From Phycisphaerales bacterium (GTDB lineage Bacteria > Planctomycetota > Phycisphaerae > Phycisphaerales > UBA1924), in NCBI GenBank assembly GCA_038323185.1, contig JBBQGR010000001.1, positions 1 through 41,340 on the forward strand: DNA of 41,340 nucleotides. Direction: 5' to 3'. Numbering within the stretch: position 1 is the first letter of the stretch; each line of letters opens with the position of its first letter. Below the pieces are notes generated by a model. It made no database searches. It was not told the DNA's origin and saw only the letters and a list, made by a program, of their open reading frames with translations. This document shows, in pieces, positions 15,428 through 23,013 of this stretch. A program made the position numbers and the translations under genes.

Positions 15428-17227
15428 TTACTCGTCGTCGGCTTGGGGATGCTTGGTCTTGCCCTTGGCGGGTGCGTCGTCGAAGTAGTCGCCCGCGTCC
15501 TCGCTGAAGCGGCCCGGGTCCACGATCTCGGTGTACTCGTCGCTGAGGAGCTCGTCGCCGAGGGCCTCGAAGGCGTTCTCGTCGAAGGGCTTGGTGCCGA
15601 TCGTGCGGCCAGCGAGACGCTGGCTCACGCCCTTGCGGCCGGGCTTGATGCGGACCTGACCGTCTGGTCCGTCGGCCATGTCACCCTCGCGCTGGCGCCG
15701 GGCACGGACGACGATGCGCATCGGGACCTCGCTGAAGGGAAGTTCCTCGCGGAAGCGGTTCTCGAGGAATCTGAGATAGTTGGGCCGGAACATCTCTGGG
15801 AAGTTGACCACGAGTGTGATCGTCGGGGGCAGGACGCCAGTCTGCGCGACGTAGTACATCTTCGCGAAGCGGCCCTTGAGGTCGGTCGGGCCGCGCTGCG
15901 CGACGATGGCGCGCACGAGGCGATTGAGCTTGCCGGTGGTGACGCGCTGTGAGGACTGATCCATGAGCTCGAAGGCGAGTTCGATGGTTTCCTTGACGTT
16001 GAGGCCGGACTTGCCGGACATGAAGGCGATGGGCGCGTACCAGAGTCCCTTGAGTTCGGCGCGAACGTAGTCCTCGTAGATCTCGGTGGTGATGGGCTTG
16101 CCCTTGCGGTCCTTGCGGCCGCGGGTGAGGTCCCACTTGTTGACAACGATCATCGCGGGCTTGAAGGCCTTCTGGGCCATCATCGCGAGGTGCTCGTCGA
16201 CCTGGCTGATCTTCACCGTGGCGTCGAGCAGGATCAGGATGATGTCCGCACGATCAACGGCCCGCTGGAGGCGATCCAGCGAGTAGACGTCGATCATGTT
16301 CTGGAAACTCTTCTTCTTGCGAAGGCCCGCGGTATCGATAGCGACCAGAGAGCGGCCGTCGAGCTCGAGGCGAACGTCGACCGCGTCGCGCGTGGTGCCA
16401 GCGATCTCGCTCACGATCATGCGCGGTGCGCCAGCGAGGGTGTTAACGAGCGTGGACTTGCCAGCGTTTCGCTTGCCGACAATGGCGAGCATGAGGTCGG
16501 CGTGGGGACGCTTCTCCTTCTCGCCCTGCGCGGGCAGAAGGTCATAGACCGTCTCCATGAAGTCGCGCCGGAAGTAGTTGGTCTTGGCCGAGACCGGGAT
16601 CGGCTCGCCGAAGCCCAGGGCGCTGAGCTCGTGCGCGTGCAGCTCCCACTTGGGGCCGTCGACCTTGGTGGCGACGACGCGGATGGGCGTTGGGACCAGC
16701 GGCGCGGCGGGCAGTTCGGCGTCGGCCTCGGTGCTTGCGTTTGTGGATGCGCCGACCTTCTTGGCCTTCTTCTTGGCGAGTGCCTTCTTGTCGTGCTGAG
16801 TCTTTGAGCCTCCCCGGCCCGCGGCGGGCCCGAGGCGCTGCTCGCGAAGAAGGCGCGCGACCTCCTGATCCTGCGGCGTGATGCCCTGCTGGACATCAAC
16901 GCAAAAGAGAACCAGGTCCGCGTTGCCGACGGCCTGCTGGATCTGGAACTCGATGGAGTCGGTGAGCTTGGTGAGGTCGTTGCCGATCTCATCGAACTTG
17001 ACGCCCTGCGCAACATAGACGCCAAAGCCGCCCGTATCGACGAACTCGATGGCCTTGGTGTCCTCGCCCCTGGTGGGTCCGTCGACCTCGACGATGGCGG
17101 TCACGCGGTCGCGCGTGGTGCCAGCGGAGGGATCAACAATTGAAACCTTCGCCCCCGCGATCATGTTCATGAGGGAGCTTTTACCGACGTTTGGCCGGCC
17201 GACGATCGCAACGCGAGGAATGGGCAT
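15428..17227 (-). CDS. der: ribosome-biogenesis GTPase Der (EngA), with an internal basic insertion and an acidic C-terminal tail
   Basis: Two GTPase domains (VAIVGRPNVGKSSLMN and LAIVGKRNAGKSTLVN, with DTGG/DTAG and ATKVD/VNKWD) followed by a KH-like domain. Start is MPIPRV at 17227; the 800-aa track ORF over-extends across miaA. Confidence 0.9.
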   Translation of the reverse strand: MPIPRVAIVGRPNVGKSSLMNMIAGAKVSIVDPSAGTTRDRVTAIVEVDGPTRGEDTKAIEFVDTGGFGVYVAQGVKFDEIGNDLTKLTDSIEFQIQQAVGNADLVLFCVDVQQGITPQDQEVARLLREQRLGPAAGRGGSKTQHDKKALAKKKAKKVGASTNASTEADAELPAAPLVPTPIRVVATKVDGPKWELHAHELSALGFGEPIPVSAKTNYFRRDFMETVYDLLPAQGEKEKRPHADLMLAIVGKRNAGKSTLVNTLAGAPRMIVSEIAGTTRDAVDVRLELDGRSLVAIDTAGLRKKKSFQNMIDVYSLDRLQRAVDRADIILILLDATVKISQVDEHLAMMAQKAFKPAMIVVNKWDLTRGRKDRKGKPITTEIYEDYVRAELKGLWYAPIAFMSGKSGLNVKETIELAFELMDQSSQRVTTGKLNRLVRAIVAQRGPTDLKGRFAKMYYVAQTGVLPPTITLVVNFPEMFRPNYLRFLENRFREELPFSEVPMRIVVRARRQREGDMADGPDGQVRIKPGRKGVSQRLAGRTIGTKPFDENAFEALGDELLSDEYTEIVDPGRFSEDAGDYFDDAPAKGKTKHPQADDE

Positions 17228-17296
17228 GGCGACAGGGTAGGTTCGGGAATCGCACTTTCTCGCATCGCGCGAGGTGCTGGGAGGGATAATCCTCCG

Positions 17297-18268
17297 ATGG
17301 AGCAAACGCCGGTCATCGTGGGTCCGACGGCGGGGGGCAAGACCGGCCTTGCGATCGGGCTTGCGCGGGCCCTCCTGGCGCACGGGCAGCGGGCGGAAGT
17401 TGTGACGGCGGACGCGTTCCAGGTGTATCGCGGCATGGACATTGGAACGGCCAAGCCCACGCTGGAAGAGCGGGCCGGGATCGTCCATCATTTGATCGAC
17501 ATCGTGGAGTCGCGGGACCGATTTACTGCGTCGGAGTGGCTGGCTCGCGCGAAGGCCGTGATTGCGGACTGCCGCGAGAGGGGCGTGGTGCCGATCGTGG
17601 TGGGGGGGACGCATCTCTATGTGAAGTTGCTGATGGACGGCATGTTTGAGGGACCCGGCGCGGATGAGGCGTTGCGTGAGGAACTGCGGGCGATGGAGCC
17701 GTCGGCGCTGCGAGCGGAGTTGGAGTGCGTGGACCCTGACGCCGCCGGACGTCTGCATCCCAACGACGTTCGCCGCACGATCCGGGCCGTTGAGGTCTTT
17801 CGTCTGACAGGCGTACCGATTAGCCGTCACCAGGCGCAGTGGAATCGAGATGAAGCGCGGTCGCAGGAGGCGGAGTTCAGGCTCATCGAGCTTGAGTGGC
17901 CAACGGAACTGATCAATCGTCGGATCAACGCGCGGGTGCGGCTCATGATGGAGCGCGGGCTGCTGGAGGAAGTGCGGCGACTGCGCGACGCGGGCGCGTT
18001 CGAGGCGGCGGGCCAGGGGAACCAGGCGCGAGAGGCGTTGGGGTACAAGCAGCTTCTAGCGCATCTCGAAGAGCGCTGCACGCTGGATGAGGCGGTGGAG
18101 CGCATCAAGATTGATACAAGGCACTTGGGCAAATCACAGCGGACGTGGCTCAGAAGGCTGCGGACAACGCCGCGAGGCGTGTGGATCGACGCGGGAGCGC
18201 TCGAGGAGCGGGAATGGGTGGGGAGGGCACTGGGGACCGGGGGAGAGGCATTCGGCATTCGTGCTTAA
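17297..18268 (+). CDS. miaA: tRNA dimethylallyltransferase
   Basis: VIVGPTAGGKTGLAIGLA P-loop, DAFQVYRGMDIGTAKPT, VGGTHLYVKLL, and YKQLLAHLEERCTLDEAVERIKIDTRHLGKSQRTW. Confidence 0.9.
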   Translation: MEQTPVIVGPTAGGKTGLAIGLARALLAHGQRAEVVTADAFQVYRGMDIGTAKPTLEERAGIVHHLIDIVESRDRFTASEWLARAKAVIADCRERGVVPIVVGGTHLYVKLLMDGMFEGPGADEALREELRAMEPSALRAELECVDPDAAGRLHPNDVRRTIRAVEVFRLTGVPISRHQAQWNRDEARSQEAEFRLIELEWPTELINRRINARVRLMMERGLLEEVRRLRDAGAFEAAGQGNQAREALGYKQLLAHLEERCTLDEAVERIKIDTRHLGKSQRTWLRRLRTTPRGVWIDAGALEEREWVGRALGTGGEAFGIRA

Positions 18269-18505
18269 GGATTAGGAAAGGCAGTCTGGTGCGAGGTTGA
18301 TGGTTGTTCTAACCGCGAATACCTATTTCCGAATGCCTGTACCTGCTGTCGACGAGAAGAAGGCATCGAGGCACGCGGCATCAAGGCATCGAGTTCTGGA
18401 GTTCACCGTGGCCGGTCGGAAGCATCGGACGAGTGTGGATGATGGGCCGCCTCCAGGCGTGAGATCGGTGCGCCGGGTGTCTTTGAGGGGTACGTGCGGC
18501 GGCAC

Positions 18506-18834
18506 ATGTGGGCGTTTCTCGTGCTCTTCCTGATCAGCCCGCTGATCGTGATGGCGATCTTCGGGCTCTCGATGGGGCTGGCGACGCTGCTGATGCCGCG
18601 TCTGTTGGTGGTGGGTGTGCTGGTGGGATGTGGGTGGTGGTTCGCCAGCGTGAACTGAGGATCCTGCGCGAGATGCGGTTTCGCAGGTGCTTGAAGTGCC
18701 GTTATGACCTCTCTGGAAGCCCCGAACAGGGCATGTGCCCGGAGTGCGGCGTCGAGTACAAGGGGGCATTGGTGGAGCGGTCATGGCGGTACACGTACGA
18801 CGAGGTGATGGAGGCAGACGGCACTAGTGACTAG
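18506..18834 (+). pseudogene. frameshifted two-TM / Cx2C-x12-CPEC zinc-ribbon membrane protein (paralog of 18956-19438)
   Basis: The frame starting at ATG 18506 encodes MWAFLVLFLISPLIVMAIFGLSMGLATLLMPRLLVVGVLVGCGWWFASVN and stops at 18656-18658. The -1 frame continues RELRILREMRFRRCLKCRYDLSGSPEQGMCPECG... to 18834. The neighbouring paralog has the same TM-TM-basic helix-ribbon order in a single frame. Confidence 0.45.
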
Positions 18835-18955
18835 GGACTGGGGGGAGGGGCGGAACCACCTCTGCCGCCGTACGCATGTTCCGTAAAGGAGCGCGTATGA
18901 GACTCTGGGGCGGCGGACCACTGCTGACTCGTATTGAGCACGCTTTCGGTGGGGC

Positions 18956-19438
18956 GTGTTTCCGGGCTTCCCGCTCGCTCTGTTGGCCGCGGTCGTCGCC
19001 AGTCTGTCAGGGCAGACACGCGGGTGGTTGGTCGCAACGTCGTTGTTCTTCTTCGCTTTCGCCGTTGTCTGTTCAGAGTTGATGCGGGCGCGTCTTCGTG
19101 CGTCCCTAGAGCGGCTGCGTGCGGAGCGATTTAAGCATTGCTCCGGTTGTCGATACGATCTACATCGACTGCCCGAGTTCGGCAAGTGCCCAGAGTGTGC
19201 GCTAGGGTACTCGCCGACGAGCCTGCGCGAGGCATGGGAGAGAGCTATAAGGGGTGGTTGGAGAGTGGGAGGGCGAGCGGCGGCGACTGATGCGGTTGTC
19301 CGACAGTACGAATTTTGTTTGGTATTTCTTCGCGGCTCGGGCTTGACTTCGCCCCCTGACCCATGCTTTCCTTGCTTGTCGCGGCGGGCGGGCGGACGGG
19401 ACGAATCCCAACGAGTCCGGCTGGTATGGGCGTCTTAA
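18956..19438 (+). CDS. two-TM / Cx2C-x12-CPEC zinc-ribbon membrane protein
   Basis: FPGFPLALLAAVVASL and WLVATSLFFFAFAVVC hydrophobic segments, then RARLRASLERLRAERFKHCSGCRYDLHRLPEFGKCPECA (19139-19198). GTG start with a weak RBS. A strong AAGGAG-N5-ATG at 18897 is in a different frame. Confidence 0.5.
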   Translation: MFPGFPLALLAAVVASLSGQTRGWLVATSLFFFAFAVVCSELMRARLRASLERLRAERFKHCSGCRYDLHRLPEFGKCPECALGYSPTSLREAWERAIRGGWRVGGRAAATDAVVRQYEFCLVFLRGSGLTSPPDPCFPCLSRRAGGRDESQRVRLVWAS

Positions 19439-19467
19439 GGGCGTGCTCCGCGTCGTTGCGACTTCAC

Positions 19468-22392
19468 ATGGCCAAGAAAACCGCTGCCAAGTCCGCCGCC
19501 AAGCCCCGGAGCCGGGGTTCTAAGTCTACTGGGAAGGCGGGAGTGACCAAGGCCGAAGCCGCGCCGTTCGAGGCGGGTCAAACGGACGGTGGTTCCAGCA
19601 TGGCGAAGCCCGCGGCGAAGTCGCCGCCGAAGGCTGGCGTGGGGGGGAAGCGGACGGCCCGCTCGTACAAGAGCGCGTATGTGCCGGGGTCAGGCAAGGA
19701 CCGGCACCTGGTGATCGTGGAATCGCCGAGCAAGGCCAAGACCATCAATAAGTATCTGGGGCGCGAGTATCTTGTCCTTGCGAGTGTCGGGCACGTGCGT
19801 GACCTTCCGAGCCGGAATCCAAAGGGCGTGAAGAGCCCGGTGCCGGGCGTGGACCTTGAGAAGAGGTTTGAGCCGACGTACGTGGTCAGCGAGGGGAAGG
19901 AGCGGGTGATCGCCGACCTCAAGCGTGCGGCGAAGGAAGCGACGAGCACGGGGCATGAGGTCTGGTTCGCGACGGACTTGGATCGCGAGGGTGAGGCGAT
20001 CGCGTGGCACCTGGCGCAGGAGCTTGGGATCGCGTCGTCGGTCGCAAAGCGGGTGGTCTTCCCCGCGATCACGAAGGCGGAGATCGAGAAGGCCTTCAAG
20101 AATCCGCACCCGATCAACGAGGACCGCGTAAACGCGCAGCAGGCGCGCCGAATCCTGGACCGGATCGTGGGGTACCAGGTCTCGCCGCTGCTGTGGAAGA
20201 AGGTGGCGCGGGGGCTGTCTGCCGGGCGCGTGCAGAGCGTGGCGGTGCGTGTGGTGGTGGAGCGCGAGCGAGAGATCAGGGCGTTCGTCCCCGATGAGTA
20301 CTGGGCCGTCTCAGCGGCGTTCACGGATGCGCTCGAGAAGGCACCGGGCGTGGCCGCGGCGTTTGCGAAGTTCATTGCGACGCCGGTGCCGGGGCGCGCG
20401 ATGAAGGACGGCTCGGTCGGGCCGATGGGCAAGGCGACGCAGAAATCTCAGAACATCTGGCTCGGTGAGAACGGCTCGTTCCGCGCCGAGCTTGTCGAGG
20501 TTGGCGGCGAGAAGTTTGATCTTGGTGTGCTGTCAACGGCGACCAGCATCAAGAGCGCGGCGGAGCAGATCGCCGAGCGCTGCGCCGTGGTCGCCAAGGC
20601 CGTGGGCATGCGGAACATCCGCCTGGACGTGCGCGAGGATGCGAGCGGGAAGGGTCCGGCCCGGTACGTGCGGACGATCTCGGGAGAGATTGATCCCTCG
20701 ACGAAGTACGCGATCGAGTCGATCGAGACCAAGCGCACGAGCAGCCGCCCGGCTCCGCCCTACATCACGAGCACGCTGCAGCAGGCTGGTGCGAATAGGC
20801 TTGGCTTCGCGTCGCAGCGGACGATGCGGGCGGCGCAGCAGTTGTACGAGGGTGTGGACATTCCCGGCGAGGGTCCGGTCGGTCTCATCACGTACATGCG
20901 TACGGACTCGACGAACATCTCTGGCGAAGCGCTGGACGCGCTGCGATCGTACATCGGGAAGCGGTTTGGCGACAAGTACCTGCCCGAGAAGCCCAACTTC
21001 TTCAGCAGCTCGAACAAGGACTCGCAGGAGGCCCACGAGGCGATCCGTCCGACGAACGTGGAGCTGACTCCTCAGAAGGTCGCGCGGGCGCTGAACCCGG
21101 ACCAGTTGAGGTTGTACACGCTGATCTGGGAGCGGGCGGTGGCGTGCCAGATGACGCCCGGGCAGTGGGACTCGACCGCGATCACGATCAAGGGCGGCAC
21201 GGACGCGGCGAGACCGTGCTCGTTCAGGGCGACCGGGCGGGTGCTGGTGTTCGATGGCTTCTATAAGGTAGCGGGCGTGCCGCAGAGCGCCGACGAACAG
21301 ACGCTGCCCCGGGTGAGTGAGAAGCAGGCGCTGGCGCCGGTGCACGCGGACGCGCTTCAGAAGTTCACGAGCCCGCCCGCGCGGTTTACCGAGGCGAGCC
21401 TGATCAAGATCCTGGAGCAGGAGGGGATCGGGCGGCCCAGCACATACGCCTCGATCATCTCGGTCATCCAGGACCGCAACTACGTGGAGAAGCTAGGGGG
21501 ACCGTTCTACGCGACCGACCTTGGCGAGGTCGTGACAGACAAGCTCATCGAGGCGTTCCCCGAGATTCTGAACGTGGGGTACACGCGCGAGATGGAGGAG
21601 CAGCTCGACAAGGTCGAGGACGATCACCTCGACTGGGTCGAGATGCTCCGGAAGTTCTACGGCCCCTTCAAAAAGCAGCTCGCGATCGCGGAGACCGCGC
21701 TGGTCCACGCCAAGGCCGAGCAGACTCCAGCTCCGGCGGAGTACACATGCCCAACCTGCGAGAAGGAAGGGCGCGGCAAGAGCCCGCTGGTCTATCGCTT
21801 CGGAAAGAATGGGCGGTTCCTGTCGTGCTCGCGGTTCAACGAGGGCGTGTGCAAGTATGCGAGCCCGGTGGATCGCGACGGCAAGCCGCGCCCCGCGGCG
21901 GCGACTGTGGACGTCGCGTGCCACAAGTGCGGGAGCGCGATGACCAAGCGCGTCGGGCGCTTCGGCCCGTTCCTTGGCTGCTCGATGTACGCCGACAAGG
22001 ACAAGCCCTGCGACGGGCTGCTGAACCTTGACAAGAAGGGGCGCGTGGAAGCGCCGAGCGTGAAGCCGCTAACGACGGAGTTGCCGTGCGCAATCTGCGA
22101 GGCGGCGCTCTATCTCCGGACTGGCGTGCGCGGCCCCTGGCTCTCCTGCTCGCGGTTCCCAAAGTGCCGCGGACGCGGGAAGTGGGCGGAGATTCCCGAT
22201 GCGCAGCGCGAGGCGCTGGAACTGGCCCTGTCGAAGCACGAGGCTGAAAACCCGACCCCGATCATCCGGACGATGTCCGGCAAGGCGCTGACGGACGCGA
22301 AGGGCAAGCCGCTGCCAGACGCAAGGCCGGTGGGCGGCGAGTCCGAAGAGAGCATGAGCCTGGAGGCGCTGGCGGATGAGGTTGGGGTGTAG
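19468..22392 (+). CDS. topA: DNA topoisomerase I (type IA) with a Lys/Ala-rich N-terminal extension and three C-terminal zinc ribbons
   Basis: Toprim LVIVESPSKAKTINKYLG...ASVGHVRDLP, DLDREGEAIAWH, active-site region ITYMRTDS. Zinc ribbons: CPTCEK...LSCSRF, CHKCGS...LGCSMY, CAICEA...LSCSRFPKC. I chose ATG 19468 (MAKKTAAKSAAKP). Confidence 0.9.
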   Translation: MAKKTAAKSAAKPRSRGSKSTGKAGVTKAEAAPFEAGQTDGGSSMAKPAAKSPPKAGVGGKRTARSYKSAYVPGSGKDRHLVIVESPSKAKTINKYLGREYLVLASVGHVRDLPSRNPKGVKSPVPGVDLEKRFEPTYVVSEGKERVIADLKRAAKEATSTGHEVWFATDLDREGEAIAWHLAQELGIASSVAKRVVFPAITKAEIEKAFKNPHPINEDRVNAQQARRILDRIVGYQVSPLLWKKVARGLSAGRVQSVAVRVVVEREREIRAFVPDEYWAVSAAFTDALEKAPGVAAAFAKFIATPVPGRAMKDGSVGPMGKATQKSQNIWLGENGSFRAELVEVGGEKFDLGVLSTATSIKSAAEQIAERCAVVAKAVGMRNIRLDVREDASGKGPARYVRTISGEIDPSTKYAIESIETKRTSSRPAPPYITSTLQQAGANRLGFASQRTMRAAQQLYEGVDIPGEGPVGLITYMRTDSTNISGEALDALRSYIGKRFGDKYLPEKPNFFSSSNKDSQEAHEAIRPTNVELTPQKVARALNPDQLRLYTLIWERAVACQMTPGQWDSTAITIKGGTDAARPCSFRATGRVLVFDGFYKVAGVPQSADEQTLPRVSEKQALAPVHADALQKFTSPPARFTEASLIKILEQEGIGRPSTYASIISVIQDRNYVEKLGGPFYATDLGEVVTDKLIEAFPEILNVGYTREMEEQLDKVEDDHLDWVEMLRKFYGPFKKQLAIAETALVHAKAEQTPAPAEYTCPTCEKEGRGKSPLVYRFGKNGRFLSCSRFNEGVCKYASPVDRDGKPRPAAATVDVACHKCGSAMTKRVGRFGPFLGCSMYADKDKPCDGLLNLDKKGRVEAPSVKPLTTELPCAICEAALYLRTGVRGPWLSCSRFPKCRGRGKWAEIPDAQREALELALSKHEAENPTPIIRTMSGKALTDAKGKPLPDARPVGGESEESMSLEALADEVGV

Positions 22393-22419
22393 GTTCCGAC
22401 GGAGCGCCGGGGGATCGGC

Positions 22420-22674
22420 ATGCCAGAGGTCTTTCGCGTCGGATCACTGGCCTCTATCTTCTTTTACTCGAACGAGGGGAACGAGCCTCCGCACATCCAT
22501 GTCAGACGCGGGTCGAGCGACTCGGATGCGGCTGGGAAGTGTCGGCTTGAGCCGGTCGGGAAGGTCTTTTCGGAGGGCTTCATTGCCCGTGAGCGAACCC
22601 GAATAGAGTCCATTGTGCGAGAGCGTTACCAGGAGTTGCGTGACGCTTGGAACAAGCATTTCGGTCGGTCTTGA
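22420..22674 (+). CDS. DUF4160 domain protein
   Basis: The 84-aa protein MPEVFRVGSLASIFFYSNEGNEPPHIHVRRG... fits the DUF4160 pattern (MPxIxRxxGxxIxFYxNEHxPPHxHV). GGGGGA lies 6 nt upstream. Visibly lower G+C than the flanking genes. Confidence 0.75.
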   Translation: MPEVFRVGSLASIFFYSNEGNEPPHIHVRRGSSDSDAAGKCRLEPVGKVFSEGFIARERTRIESIVRERYQELRDAWNKHFGRS

Positions 22675-22690
22675 AGCGTCGGTTGCTCGG

Positions 22691-23011
22691 GTGGTCGACG
22701 CTCTTGTGACACGTGTCGGGGGCGAGCCGCTGCTTCTGGTGCTCCTTCGCGATGGACGCGCGCTTGGGCTCGCGCTCTGGCTGTATCCGACGCTTCTCTT
22801 GGCGTCGCCCGCGACGCGCTGGCGTTGGGAGCTGATCGCGGGCGGCCGCGGAGTGCGATGGCCCGGCCTTGACCTCGACCTCTCGGTGAGCGAGATGCTC
22901 GCAGGAACACCAGACGTGACGCGCGCCGCGAAGAAGTCCGTGAAGGCGCTGGACCTTCGTGGGTTTGCGCGAGCACTCGCGCAGCACCGGACCATGCGCC
23001 GCGCTGGTTGA
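22691..23011 (+). CDS. DUF2442 domain protein (start uncertain: 22613, 22640 or 22691)
   Basis: LLLVLLRDGRALGLALWLYPTLLLASPATRWRWELIAGGRGVRWPGLDLDLSVSEMLAG fits the DUF2442 pattern (DGR...YPxL..A....R..WExIGGGxGIxWPxLDEDLS). The stop is 2 nt from the convergent uvrC stop. Confidence 0.65.
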   Translation: MVDALVTRVGGEPLLLVLLRDGRALGLALWLYPTLLLASPATRWRWELIAGGRGVRWPGLDLDLSVSEMLAGTPDVTRAAKKSVKALDLRGFARALAQHRTMRRAG

Positions 23012-23013
23012 GA

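Noticed and set aside
17228-17830. N-terminal 200-residue extension of the der ORF (track start 17830)
   Set aside because: The extension overlaps miaA on the opposite strand and is Arg/His/Pro-rich. Der homology begins exactly at MPIPRVAIVGRPNVGKSS (ATG 17227).
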